Of a stretch of DNA of 64,000 nt, positions 25,983 to 38,829 are shown piece after piece. Location: assembly GCA_030770535.1 (NCBI GenBank), contig JASVEC010000001.1, forward strand, positions 558,001 to 622,000, in the 5' to 3' direction. Each line of letters starts with the position of its first letter. The first letter of the stretch is position 1. This DNA comes from Batkoa obscura. Taxonomy: Eukaryota. The notes under the pieces are model-generated. The model saw only the letters and a program-made list of their open reading frames with translations, was not told the DNA's origin and ran no database searches. Made by a program: the position numbers and the translations under genes.

Positions 25983-26948
25983 ATGGACGATCATTCAGAT
26001 ATAACACGTACAACAAGTATCATCAATTGGTGTGTATTAATTATGTCCGTGTTTTCAATGACATTGAATGGGATTGTATTTCATTTAGTATTACGTAAAA
26101 AACAATGGTCATTAGATTTAAAATTAATTTCTATGATTTCTTTAATTGATATAACTACCAATTTATTTAACTTATTTTTCGCTATAATGGAATTAAATTT
26201 TACTTATAAGCTTTATTTAAATTATCCTTCTTATTGTCAATTAATGGGTTTTGTTGTAATTACGCTGTTGATCAGTTCTTCCTCTTTTGTTATTGCTCTG
26301 TCTTTTGAAAGGTATATGATATTGTGTCATCCCAATAAACTTAATGAAAAGGTAGTATGGTGTATACCGATAATTATTATCAGTCTAGTAGTAATATTTG
26401 GAGTCATATCAGCGAGCACAGGACAATATATAATATCGAGTGGGAAAACATATTGTATGCCTAATTTTAAAGGGAGCGTAATTAGTATCACCTACTATTA
26501 TATACTAGCCTTCATCTCTATTATTGGCCTTCAATTTTTAAATTACTTCTTTTTTAATGTCCTATTAAAAAGAAATCAATCACTAGAGCCAATGATTCGA
26601 AATAATCAAAGAAGATTAAGATTAATGAAACGAAATCAAAATCAAAATCATCTTGAGCTAGCGTTACCAGAGATCCCTATCAATAATCCAGAAGAAATAT
26701 CAAGAAAAATTGCAATTAGAGCCATTCTCTTTTTAATCGCATATAATATTTCTTTTTTACCTAATTTAATTGCACTTCTATGGGACATTATAACACAAGA
26801 GCAACGCCCACCTAGTCTTGATAATTTAACTGCAGTTACTTTACATTCCATTGAATTATTTAATCCAATCTTGGTTTTATTTCTACATTCTAAAATTAAT
26901 AAGGATTTTTTTAGTTTAATGTCTAAAATTAAATCAAAGTTGTTTTAA
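25983..26948 (+). CDS. Intronless rhodopsin-like (class A-like) 7TM GPCR, 321 aa
   Basis: TM1 Asn (TLNGI), TM2 Asp (LIDI), TM3 C...LSFERY, ECL2 YCMP, TM6 FLP, TM7 NPILV. Confidence 0.85.
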   Translation: MDDHSDITRTTSIINWCVLIMSVFSMTLNGIVFHLVLRKKQWSLDLKLISMISLIDITTNLFNLFFAIMELNFTYKLYLNYPSYCQLMGFVVITLLISSSSFVIALSFERYMILCHPNKLNEKVVWCIPIIIISLVVIFGVISASTGQYIISSGKTYCMPNFKGSVISITYYYILAFISIIGLQFLNYFFFNVLLKRNQSLEPMIRNNQRRLRLMKRNQNQNHLELALPEIPINNPEEISRKIAIRAILFLIAYNISFLPNLIALLWDIITQEQRPPSLDNLTAVTLHSIELFNPILVLFLHSKINKDFFSLMSKIKSKLF

Positions 26949-28302
26949 TTTAATTAATCATCATCTTTCTTAATCATCAACTATTGATTGTCAGGTTCAT
27001 TAAACTACATTTGATCTCTTTTTCCCCCTTTCTGTGAAACAGTTTGACACCATATCACTTTGTTCTTAATTTTACTAATAAACGTAACATCACACATAAG
27101 AGTTTTTAGTTGTAATCTTATTTTTTTTTGAAAAAGTATAAACCTGTTTATTCTAATATATTGCACAATTAGTTAAATTGATTCATTAAATCAAGTGTTA
27201 CTTATATTACTGCTATTGTTTTCATACAACCCCTAAGCTTTCATCCTAACGAAGACTCATCAAAAAATTGGCCTTTCCAAGGTTTTTTGTTTGTATAAGG
27301 AGTATTTTTTCTTTTACCTATTTCAAATAAGCCATTACAACAGTATCGCCTATTATCCTTTGAGTAATATTTTTTAACCAATTTTTTAGTTATTTATTAT
27401 TATTTCCTCCCTACCCACTAATTTTTATCAACTATAATCAATTTATTGATTTTCAAATAAAATCTTATAAACTAGAAATAGAATTAAACTACCCTCATAT
27501 ATATGCTAAACTACTAGAAACCCCGAGATATCTAATATTATAACCATTAAATTTTATTCATGTTCAAAATACGTCATGATTTTACTATTCTATTTTAGCA
27601 AAATCCTCTTATTCTCCATATTTTATTCATTTTTGTTTCTCATTTTATTTATTTTATAGTTTATGCATCTGTGTTAAGTAAATGTAACCGCTGGTATTAA
27701 ATATTATGATTATTACTACTTTTCCAATTTTATATCATTAAAAATAGAATGAAACTCAAACCTATAATCTTAATATTTACTCTTTTTAAATTAATTTTAA
27801 TACTATCTTAATTTGATTATTTATTTATGACATTAGTTTTTTATATACACTTGAATAGCTGGTTTAACTTCACAAATCTGTCAGAAATAGCTTTTTAAAA
27901 AAATGGGAAGCATTTTCAAAGGTTTCCTATCCTCTGTGAAGTTAAGAAATCAAGGTGATGCTCACGTTAAGTGTACTTTTTAAAAAGCTATCCATTGACT
28001 TGTAATGACTGTAGGTTTAAGTAAGACTTTATAGTTTAAATTTTAATTAAACTATAGAGCATGAAGTATTTATATAAGATCCAAAGGTTAATAAAGAAAA
28101 TTAAGCTTTAACAAGTTAGGGAGTGCAAAACTTTAGAAAAACAAAGTATGGTAGAAGTTGTGGGTGTTTAACTGGGCTGATTTTAAACAAAAGGCTAAAG
28201 GGATAGTACTGATGAGCATAAAACAAACTGATAGAACCATTCATATCATATAAGTTTTAATGACTGCAGTTATTAGGGATAGGAGTAAAAATATTAACTA
28301 AA

Positions 28303-28375
28303 TGCTCCCTGTGGGGATCGAACCCACGACCTTGAGATTATGAGACTCACGCGCTGCCAGCTGCGCCAAAGAAGC
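28303..28375 (-). tRNA. tRNA-Met(CAT), elongator type
   Basis: GCTTCTT-TGGCGCAGCTGGCAGCGC-G-TGAGT-CTCATAA-TCTCA-AGGTC-GTGGG-TTCGATC-CCCAC-AGGGAGC-A cloverleaf; G1:C72 and TTC T-loop indicate elongator, not initiator. Confidence 0.95.
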
Positions 28376-29601
28376 TTGTCTTTTCTATAGAAAATTTAAA
28401 TATATTCAAATTAAAACTTGGATAAATTAACCGATTTATTTTTTGAACCTAATTATTTAATGAATTAAAATTTACTTAAAATGTAAATATATTTTTTATA
28501 TTGAATTGGATTATATGAAGAAAGAGTTTAATTTAATGAAAATTTTATAAGAATGTAAAATTGTTAATTTAAATCAGAAGGAGTGGATAATGATGTCAAT
28601 TGTTTAATTTATAAGCATTGGGTTGTTATATAAATTTCTTAAAATAAATTTATGATATTCAGGTAATAAATTTGTCTATTATTGTAATATTAAAAATATA
28701 GAATTAACTTAATCTTTAGTATTTTATTAGCCCTTTATCGCTGTCAATATTAATAGTGACCAATTAATAATAGTAATTAAATAATAGATTTAAGTTAAGT
28801 AAAAAAGATCAAAAAATTAAAGTAGCCAGTCTATAGGCAAATTTTCTAGTAAAATCTACAATCATTTTGTTTATTTCCTTATTTTGTTTTAGTCTTTATA
28901 CATCAATTTATTATTTGTTTTGAAGCACTTCGAAACTCTAGTTATGAAATAATAATTCAATCTCAAATTGCTTTTTAGCTAACAATAATTATCATGGATA
29001 AACTCAAGTTGTTTACTAAAATTAATTGTATTATAAAATTAGTCCGAAACAAAGCTTACATAAATTGAAAATCAATACTAAACTAAGAACTTCCAAGTTC
29101 AAAGCATAGATATCGAATCATAAAAAACTATAAAATAGAGATGTATAAATACTCCCTCTTAATCAATCTATTAGAAACTAACAATTCACAAGCTTCAAAT
29201 CTCAAATAATTACTTTGATAGTATTATTTTTTCACTATTTTACTACTGACTCAACAATATAACAATGAAATTGTATTTCTTGCTATCTACTTTATTTCTA
29301 TGTACAATATTAAGTATGCCGTTCAAACTACCTTATATACCTATGTTACCATTGCCTCATCCTGCCTTCCTTAGTGCCCTTAAACCACAACAAACCTAAA
29401 CTATAATAACAATTAACATATATTTTATTATTTTATCATTTTTGCCTATTTACCTATAGGGAAAGTCTAGCTTATCCAAGACAATGAAAGGCTTATAACT
29501 TACTTTTAATAATATTACTTCTATTTTCTATATTAGTTTTTCTTCTATAATAAAAAAAAGTTTTAAATTTATCTTCACCTTTGCTTTTATTTATTTAAAA
29601 A

Positions 29602-30345
29602 TTAAAAAATACTCAATAATATACAAACTGTTACTACTTCAAAATTCATTAAATTCCTTTTAGATGACGAATTAATCACTGTAGTAGATAGGCCTCCTCC
29701 ACTACGACTTAGAATATACGCTCCATAAGTCGTATAACCAACTGTTTCTCCATTGGTTGCTGAATTTCTAGATTGATTACTATTTGATGACGATGATGAA
29801 GCTGGTACATTACTTGTAACAATAACACCTCCATTCCCCCCATTACTATCAGTGGTGGTAGTAGCTGAAGTGTTATCGCTATTATTATTACCGTTATTAT
29901 CAACAGTAGAAGTAATAGTAGTAACATTACTACTACTATCATCATTATTATTGATATTACTCGATCCTGATGTAGACGTTGCAGTAGGATTATTAGATCC
30001 ATCGTTACTATTAGAAATCGGAATTATAGAAGTAACTGTAGTAGTGGGAACGCCAACAGTGGGGGTACCACTATCGCCATCTACAACTACAGTACTAGTT
30101 ACTACACCATTAGAATTAGAAATGCCATTAGATGGATTGTTTGAATTTCCTCCACTTTGACCATCAGTAGATATATCCGGATTAGAAATTGAAAAATCTT
30201 TAATACATTGACCTATACAAGTGAAATAAAATTTGGATGGGCATTTTTGAACACATTCAGTTAATTTAGTAACAAATTGTTGAGCATTGAGTTGAATACA
30301 AAATAAGAGTAGCAATAGTATACTCAATTTTGGTAGAAGTTGCAT
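29602..30345 (-). CDS. Secreted Ser/Thr/Asn-rich cell-surface protein, probably GPI-anchored (247 aa)
   Basis: Signal-peptide-like N-terminus, CxxxC...CxxxC motif, long S/T/N low-complexity stalk, NSS followed by a hydrophobic C-terminus. Confidence 0.75.
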   Translation of the reverse strand: MQLLPKLSILLLLLFCIQLNAQQFVTKLTECVQKCPSKFYFTCIGQCIKDFSISNPDISTDGQSGGNSNNPSNGISNSNGVVTSTVVVDGDSGTPTVGVPTTTVTSIIPISNSNDGSNNPTATSTSGSSNINNNDDSSSNVTTITSTVDNNGNNNSDNTSATTTTDSNGGNGGVIVTSNVPASSSSSNSNQSRNSATNGETVGYTTYGAYILSRSGGGLSTTVINSSSKRNLMNFEVVTVCILLSIF

Positions 30346-31479
30346 GTTTTGTTTAAAAAAATATTATCAAGTTGTGTTATGAAGCCTTTATTTAAACCTT
30401 TTTTTTAAATACTATCCTCCATTATTTGTTTATTATAAAAAGCCTCGGTGTCATCTTGAAATGCCATTATGACTTAATGTTCATTATTTAATAGATTTTA
30501 AAGCCATTTTTAGAATCTTTAGAGTGGAATTGTCTTATTTATGATTATAAAAATGATGTTAGAATTAATAATAAGTTTATAAATATCAAGAGTTAATCCA
30601 GATGACTAACTTCGCTTATGTTATTTAATATAAGTCTAGAAACTTTTTACATTTATTTTGTTTAATAATTTTATCTTTTTACATAATACCCTTTTATCTA
30701 AAGTGACTTTGTTAAGAAAAGAATAGTTCATAAAATTAATTACATTGCTCAAATTAATTTGGACTTTTTAATAGGAATCTTTGCACTTCTAAAAGAACTA
30801 GTACAAAAGTAACTTTAGTAAACTTTCTCACTTTCAAATTGATTTATAAAGCTATAATAAAATTGAAAATGCTTTACTGAAAATAGAATGAATAACTAAT
30901 TTACTTTAATAACTCACATTTAAATGAATCAGTAAATATCAATTTTATAAAAATAATACAAATTTATTTCAATGTATAATATTTTTGTCAAACTCACGTT
31001 AAATGTAAAATAAATTTAAAGTTGAAAAATTAATTAAATGTTCTTAAAAACGAGTTTATTTTAATTAGAATTTAAATTGTTTGATAGCCAACTTTAACAA
31101 GAATATTAAAAATCCAAAAGCATCATCGTTCAGATGAAAACAATATAAAAAATGTGGCTATCCATTTTAATAAAGGTGGCAAATTGAATTGTACAACCAG
31201 TTGATGTATCATCTTAATGTAACTAAAAATATACTGGTAATAGTTTAAACTACTTGTCTTCAAAATCAGGAACTTGGAAATGAAGACTATAATCTATTAA
31301 AATACAAAAATCCTTTTTTTTATTTCATCAACATAGTACTAATTTTAACTTCATCAATAGAACAATTTTTATTCAATAAATATCAATAGTGTATATAGAT
31401 TATGTTATCAAAACTAGATCGATTTGACATAACTCAGAATATTAATATTAATATAAATTTATTGATATATTTATAATTA

Positions 31480-32592
31480 TTATAAGTATAATGACTTTAT
31501 TAATTTAGAAAATGCCAAATTACTTTCATAATCATTAAAGTTAACATTATCTTTTCTTTCTTCTATATCTGAAGCCACCCCATCCAATTCAATATTAGAA
31601 TGATAATTTAAAATAGATTAGTCTAAATGAAATAAACAAATAAGTGTACATACTCTTACCTTTTGAATTGTTATTATTTCTCCCTTTGATTCTATAATAA
31701 ACAATTTTAACTCGATTATGAACAGTAGAATCACAACAAGAAGCTACAGAATTTAATGCGCCTAAAATGGGTAAGTGATAGTAGTCCAGTTATCCAAAAA
31801 AGCACTTAATTAGGTATTAAAATCATAATACAATTACAATATGATTCCAGTGTAATTGGTGACCAGTATAGCTATTGTATATGATAATCTAAATTATTAA
31901 ATGTTTGAAATAGAAATAAATAAATAAGTACATTCTATAACCTAATACTCTTATAGCTCTTATAGCTTTTATAGCTTTAGTTGAATTTTCTTGATCCATA
32001 TTTAATTTATAATAATCAACTAAAGTAGCCTTTGAGTTTAGCTTCAAAAATATAGTAACAGTAATGACCATAGGATATACAAGTATAATCGCTTACCGTA
32101 TTTAGTTTGCAAGTATATCGAACATCGTAGTCTGGAATTTATTTGTAACAGCTTCGGAGGTATAATAGCCGTAGTAATTACTATAATCTAATATGCCTAG
32201 AGTTGATTTTGTAATTTGAAAATATTAATAAAGAAACATTATAATTGCCAAGTGATGGAATTGTGATAATGATGATGGCTAAGATATGAATTATCCAATA
32301 TGCAGCTTCAACTTTTTTTTAATAATTGGGGTATTATGAATGAAGACGAGCTGTAGGTTTGCAGCAATTGGTATATTTATAAAAAGATAAAACGACTTGA
32401 ATGCTAAAAATGGCCATATAATGAATGTACATGTTGAGCTCGCACTCTTTATAAATGGACCACGCCACAATGGTACAATATGTAACCAAAGATCATAAAT
32501 AAAATTTCAAGAAATTCCAAGGAAGCAAAAACATAAAAGAGGTTTGGAACATACTTGTTTTTTTTTAATTCTTCAAATGGAGTAGCTAGCAT
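31480..32592 (-). pseudogene. Pseudogene of the 7TM GPCR-like family
   Basis: Recognisable YDLWLH, NLQLVFIHN, VLGYR and CCDSTVHN blocks; in-frame stops (AAC TAA ATA CGG TAA), altered splice sites and an internal deletion. Confidence 0.85.
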
Positions 32593-32823
32593 TTTTCTTT
32601 TGAGTTTTTTTCTGTTTTTTCTTTTTATACCTTATGTTTTCATTAATTTTTATTTATGTTTTATTACATAATTAGGATACAATTAAAATTCAAGTTTTAT
32701 TTTATTTAAAAGTTATAATCTCCTATCTTTGAATTTTTTTAAAATTTGTAATTAAATTATAGTTTATTATTATTTACATGATTAATTTTAATGCTCAAAT
32801 ATGTTTGAAATAAAGTAAATTAT

Positions 32824-33031
32824 ATATGTGGATGCATTTTATATTTAAAAATTTTATTAACAATCTTTTCACTCAAATAACGCATAAAAAATGGAAAAAG
32901 TGATGAAGCCAAAAAAACACCCCTATATGGGGATGTATTTTTTTGTTTAGGAATTTTACTAACAATCTTTCCACTTAAATAGCGCTTAAAAAACGGAAAA
33001 AATAATGAATCCAAAAAAAACACCCCCATAT
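32824..33031 (-). mobile_element. Head-to-tail MITE dimer
   Basis: Two consecutive copies joined at CCCCTATATGGGG (~32920-32932). Confidence 0.85.
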
Positions 33032-34227
33032 ATTTATTCTAAAATTTTAAATTCTAGGTATGATAGTATTATGTATATGTCACAAAAGCTTTAAAAATTT
33101 TATACTCAGCAGTGCAATAACCGATAAGTTAATATAAAATAATATAAAATAAGCTTAATATTTGATTAATGTCAATAGAAAATTTCAAAATCTTCCTAAC
33201 TAAATATATAATAATAAATGTAAATTTGGTTATGCTTATCAGTGTATTTGAATAAAATTTAATGTTGTGTTTTTTTTGTTTTTTTTGTTTTTATTATTTT
33301 AAATATAAAATAATTTGATATATTGATTATTATAAACTAAAAAATAATTTTATAGTATTAAATTAAATAAAAAATTTAAAATATTAAGTATAAGTTAAGA
33401 TATCTATATATCTAAATAAGTTTAAAAGTTGGTTAAAATAAAAAATAAAGTTTAATAATTTTATATTTTTGTCCATTCCCTATGTAGCATAAATTTAAAA
33501 AAACAACTAAAGTTGCACAAAAAGACGTTCCATGAGTTATTTTAAAATTAAACAAAATTTGAGCTAAGTTTTTAAACCAACTCATATATTATTTTTAACA
33601 TTATAAATAGCTTATCATTTTTAATATTCAAACATCAAAATATTAATTCAAAAAGGCTATCACTTATTATACTTGCGATCAATAATAAACAAAACCCCAC
33701 ATCAACTAAAGTGTAAAATTCGAATAGGATAAATTTTCAATGAATATGCTAAAGTAAGGAATTACATTTTATATATATTGAAAGTTCCATATATCACAAT
33801 TATAAAAAAATATACTCAATAGATTAAAAAATAGGCTCTAAAGAAGCCAATTGATTCAATTGAAGTATTTAAAATAGAAATAAAAGTTAATAATGAAATA
33901 ATATTAATGAAAAAACGTCCGTAAAAAATAGGAAATTAAAAGGGTGAATAATTGAGATCGGAAGAATGGGTCATAAGCCAATCATTAACTCAACTCAAGA
34001 ATTGGAGGTTTTATTTATTGGTTATTAAAAACGTTAATTTTTGAGAACTTATTTAATTAAATGGTGTTTTTAAATTTAACTGAAAAATAACTAATTTATT
34101 AAGTTCCAATTATTATTTTTTTCAATATTTTATCTCTTTTTTACTTCCATTTTCATTTTTGTTGAAATTACAATAATCAATATTAACAATTAACTTACTT
34201 TAATTAATATATATTATTAATTCCATT

Positions 34228-36060
34228 ATGATAGCATCGAGTAATAATAATTTATTACAACAAACGGAGAGTATTAAGCACGATATAGAAAAAGAAGTAT
34301 TACAAAATAATAATAATGGGTTTTCAAAGGAAGAGTTATTGACGATTGAGTTAGATAAAGCTATTAAAAATAACACCGATATCAATTTACAATTTGATTT
34401 TTTAAAAAAGGTAGATTTTCTTTTACTTTAGTTTTACTTAAATAGATTTATTTTTATTTTATTTTTATTAGAAATATTCGGGTTTACAAGAGGAATTAAA
34501 TAATGCTTTAGAAGCTCAAAGTAAACTAGAAAAACAATTTTATAAGTTGGAAGCCGAATTAGATTTAAGTAAAGAAGCGGAGTTGGAAAATAATAAAAAA
34601 ATTCGAGAAATGGAAGCTAAGTTAACAAATGAAGTAAGTGATTAATTTTTTTATATCATTTACAATTATTTATCGTTTATAAAAAAAAGACCAAATCCTT
34701 TGAACAAGATAAAACCAAATTTTCACAACGAGAAGAGCACTTAAAAGAACAATTAAAAAATCTCCACAATCAATATAAAGAAAAATTAGCCAATAATTCC
34801 ACCTCACCACGACCCACACGTACACGTTCAGTCTCAGTCAATTTTATACCCAGTAATTTCGGTCATTTCAATGAGCCAGAAGAAGAAGATATCAATAATA
34901 AAGATCCCTCTGATCGTACGGAAGCTTCCTTAGTGCATGAAAATAAAGTAGCTAATCGAACAATACGCCAACAATTAAAAGAGATAGGGGAATTAAAAGG
35001 AACAGTTAAACAATTAAATCAACAAGCTGTTGAACAAAAGGAATTATATATTAAACAAATTAGTACTTTAAAAGAGGAAGTACAACAGTTGATTTTATCT
35101 AATAATAAATTATTAGAAGATAATGAATCGTATCAATTTTTATTACAAGAAAAAACATTAAAGGGCCAATTTTCTTTAAATCAATTTGACTCCACTCCAA
35201 ATTTACAACCTCAAGAATTATTTAATAATCCATCTAATTCCAATAATAGTTTAGGTGCTAATTTAGGTACTGCCTTAAGTAATATTGATTCGGATGAAGA
35301 AGAAGATAGTGATATTAAATTTATTAATTCGAGTCATCAACAAAAAGATGAGTTAAAGTTCCTTAAGGATGAAAATAAAGCATTAACTTTATATATTACC
35401 AAAATATTAGCTAAAATTATGAGTAATCCGGTACTAGCGGATGCTATTACTAATAATGCGGATACTATATCAACTAAAGAAAGTAAAGAAATTTTACCTG
35501 GAAATAGTATCAAATCCAAAGAGGTTAAAGAAAATAAAGAATCTAAAGATACAAAATCTAAAGAAACTACCACTAATAAAAATAATATTAGTCGATTTTC
35601 TTTCTTTTCCCCTACCTTTACAGCACAAACACCACCCACCAATTTATCCGTCACAGCTAATTCTGCTAACCCAGGAAGAGTTTCTTTTGATTTACCTAAA
35701 CCCAATAGAGAAGAACATTTAAAACCTAGTCGGAATTCAACTGATAGTATCGACCTTACTCGAGAACCATTAACAATGATACGAGAAGAAAGTAAACAAA
35801 GTGTTAAAGGAAAAGAAAATAGTGTACGTACTAGAAGAGCAAAATCCATGTCAGTTAGTAGTATTAATTCAAATTTGGATGGAGAAAAAGGAGAAAATTT
35901 GACAAGCCCTAGTATCTTTAGTTTTAGAACTGCATTTAAGAGGATTGCCGTTCCTTGGAAACAAAGTAATAGTAAATTGAGTGGCTCAGATGGTGAAGGA
36001 AATAACGTTGAGGTTAAGAAGGAAAGTACCAATAATAAGGAAAAGGATACTCCTGAGTAG
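34228..36060 (+). CDS. Coiled-coil protein with a FIP-RBD-like (Rab11-binding) motif, ~571 aa, 3 exons
   Basis: Exons 34228-34410, 34472-34633, 34690-36060 in frame; EDNESYQFLLQEKTL and LKDENKALTLYITKILAKIMSNP motifs; function is inferred. Confidence 0.65.
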
Positions 36061-36352
36061 AGAATTGAGTAGAAGTTTTATCTCTTATATGATCCCAGTT
36101 TTTTTTGTTATTTTACATCTTAAAGTTTAATTACGATCTGTCTCTTCTTTTTTTTATTCTATTTTTATATTTCATTATTAAAATTTTATAAATTGAATAT
36201 TAACCTTTTTTTTTGAAATATTTATTCTTGAATTTTTTTCAATAATATGATTTAATCTTGATATCGTATTTGAAATAAAAAATCGATAGATATAAACATT
36301 AGTTTATTTTATCCCAATTTGAATTTGAATCAAAAAATCAAAAACAAACAAA

Positions 36353-36883
36353 ATGGCCAAAATAGTAATTTTAATTATGGGTGTTAGTGGTAGTGGAAAG
36401 AGTAGTATTGCATCCAAATTAAGTCAACATTATAACATATCTTATATTGAAGCGGATGATTACCATAGTGATAATAATAAACAAAAAATGAAGTTAGGTC
36501 ATCCATTAACTGATCTTGATCGTCAACCCTGGTTATTATCTTTAAGTAAAGCATTAAAAACCCATCCAAATGATACAGTAATCTTAGCTTGTTCTGCTTT
36601 AAAAAAAGAATATAGAAATAAGTTAAAGGAAAGAATTGAAAGATTTATTATTGTTTATTTAGATTTAGAATATGAAACTATTTATCAAAGATTAATGTTA
36701 AGGAAAAATCATTTTATGGGCACTAATTTATTAAGATCTCAGTTTGATACATTAGAATTACCTGATGAAAATAAGGAGGAGGATGTTCATTTAATAAATA
36801 TTAAAGCAGAAGATGATATTGAGGATATTGTTGGATTTATAGTACCAGTTTTAGATAAGTTAAATTTGAATTTAAAGAAATGA
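36353..36883 (+). CDS. Gluconokinase (GntK/IdnK, thermoresistant glucokinase family)
   Basis: MGVSGSGKS P-loop, EADDYH, PLTDLDRQPWL, ACSALKKEYR, HFM...LLRSQFDTLE. Confidence 0.95.
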   Translation: MAKIVILIMGVSGSGKSSIASKLSQHYNISYIEADDYHSDNNKQKMKLGHPLTDLDRQPWLLSLSKALKTHPNDTVILACSALKKEYRNKLKERIERFIIVYLDLEYETIYQRLMLRKNHFMGTNLLRSQFDTLELPDENKEEDVHLINIKAEDDIEDIVGFIVPVLDKLNLNLKK

Positions 36884-37033
36884 TGAAATAATTCGAATTG
36901 ACCAATGAGAACTAGAGTAAAGAGAATCAATTGGAATAAATAATGATTTTTTTTGATTTTATTTTTGATGATTATTAGTTTTATGCATTTTATTAATTTT
37001 TAATATTTTTTAAATTTAACACATTATTAAAAG

Positions 37034-38829
37034 ATGAATAACGAAACACCTGAAAAAATTATTAAAAAACTCAAGCAACAAAATGATATTTCAGAAACAT
37101 CAACTACATTAAATAATTCAAGAGAAACAAAAACACGAAATGAAACGAAAAAAGAAAATGTTAAAAAAAAAGTACAATTGATTTATAATAACGCATTATT
37201 TATGTTAGATAAAGGCAATAATACAAGTTGTATTAAAGGAGATGAATTAAAAGATCCAATTAAATTATTTTATCCTTTCTTATTATTGAAGGATACTCAG
37301 CCTGAATTGGGGTTTTTTATTAATAAAATGGATGAAAATGGATATACTAATTTAATTATGGAACAATATTGTAAGTTTTTAATTTAATTTAAATTTAATT
37401 TAATTTAATTTATAAATATTAATAAAGTAAATTTTTATTTTTAGACAATATATTAAAAAAGAAAGAAATGAAAAAAGAATTTGATAATAAAAATTCAGAA
37501 GGTTATAAATTAATGAAAAATTTATATAATTGTATATCAACGGATATGATTAAATTGGCTATTAATTCATGTTTACTTAATATATTTAACCCATCGATTT
37601 GTTTGGTTCAAACTTGGTAATTTAATATATTATTTTATTTATATTAATATGATTATTATTAATAGTGATCCTGAAGTTGATAATGAAAAAGTAAATTATT
37701 ATTATCAATCAATTTAACTTATTTACTAATATTATTAATTAGAAATAGTAATTTAAATTTTATTTATAATAGTAATATACTAAATTATACTTATTATTTA
37801 TTTTATTTATTATTTGTAGTATTGTATGTTTTATTGTATGTTTTAATTAGAATAATAATTAAATTATTAGGTTGATGCCCTTAGTCATCATTTTGTACAG
37901 TCACCTAAATCAAGGGTAGCTATATTTAATTGGTAATTTAAATTAATATAATACTATTTTAATTAAAGTAATTCATATAATTAGGGATTTATGTCATAGT
38001 AATAAATATAGAACTAATTAAATTATTATGACAATATATTAAATTTTAAATCAGGTAAAGAAATTGAAAATAATTTTAATGATAAAGAAGATGTATTAGT
38101 AATTAGTATTAATACAATAACAAATAATCAAAGTAGAAATAATGGAAATGAAGAATTAAATAAAAACAAAATAAGAAAGTAAGTTTATATTTCATATTAA
38201 TATCAAAATTGAATTTATTAATTATTTTTATTTAAGGAATATTAATTTAGATTTAGAATTTAATAATACAATTAATCAAGATATTTTATTTCTATTTCAT
38301 CAACTTTTATTACCAATATTATTGGAGTTTAATCCAGATTTTATTTTAAGTAATTAATTAATTAAATTATTTATATTTATGTTGATAATAATATTATAGT
38401 ACCAACACATTTTAATAGAAACGATAGTAAGTTTATCTATATAATTTTATATTTATAATTAAATTTAATAATTGAATATTAAATAGAATATAAACAATTG
38501 AATACAAGTACTTATGTTCATTTATTATATTATTTATCAATGGTACAAAAAGGGAAACTAATCTTATCAGTGGAAGTAAGCAGTATAACACCATTAATAT
38601 TTAATTAATTTTAATAATTCTTATTAAATTAACCTTTAATATTATTAAATAGGTAGATAATTCCATTGAAAACATTAAAAATATAATGGAAGAATGTGTC
38701 AAATTATTTATGGGCAAAAATATCAATGATAATGATATATTAGTGAATTATAAACCTTCAGGAAAAATTATTTCAATAGTCAAAGCATTTAATAATAGAT
38801 TTAAAAAATATTGGATGTTTTTAAGTTAA
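37034..38829 (+). CDS. Catalytically dead class II HDAC-fold paralog (pseudo-deacetylase), 12 exons
   Basis: Splices into an uninterrupted ORF with 11 introns at the same positions and phases as the neighbouring HDAC; keeps RVAIFNWD, LPILLEFNPDFIL, GKLILSVE and KKYW but lacks the catalytic motifs. Confidence 0.75.

Noticed and set aside
28303..28375. tRNA as an initiator tRNA or an island integration site
   Set aside because: It has elongator features, and no duplicated 3' end or integrase was seen
32820..33029. 69-aa ORF with an internal repeat
   Set aside because: It is a chance reading of the MITE dimer
806..33031. Recurrent ~105-bp repeat as a CRISPR- or REP-like array
   Set aside because: Dispersed, both orientations, has TIRs, no regular spacers, and the context is eukaryotic
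35337..36032. 231-aa antisense ORF, and similar antisense or alternate-frame ORFs at 26648, 29709, 29852, 41531, 41792, 54494, 55562, 58247, 58790, 59205
   Set aside because: Shadows of real genes caused by codon and low-complexity bias
36353..36883. Intronless gluconokinase as a bacterial horizontal transfer
   Set aside because: The family is widespread in fungi and the base composition matches the host
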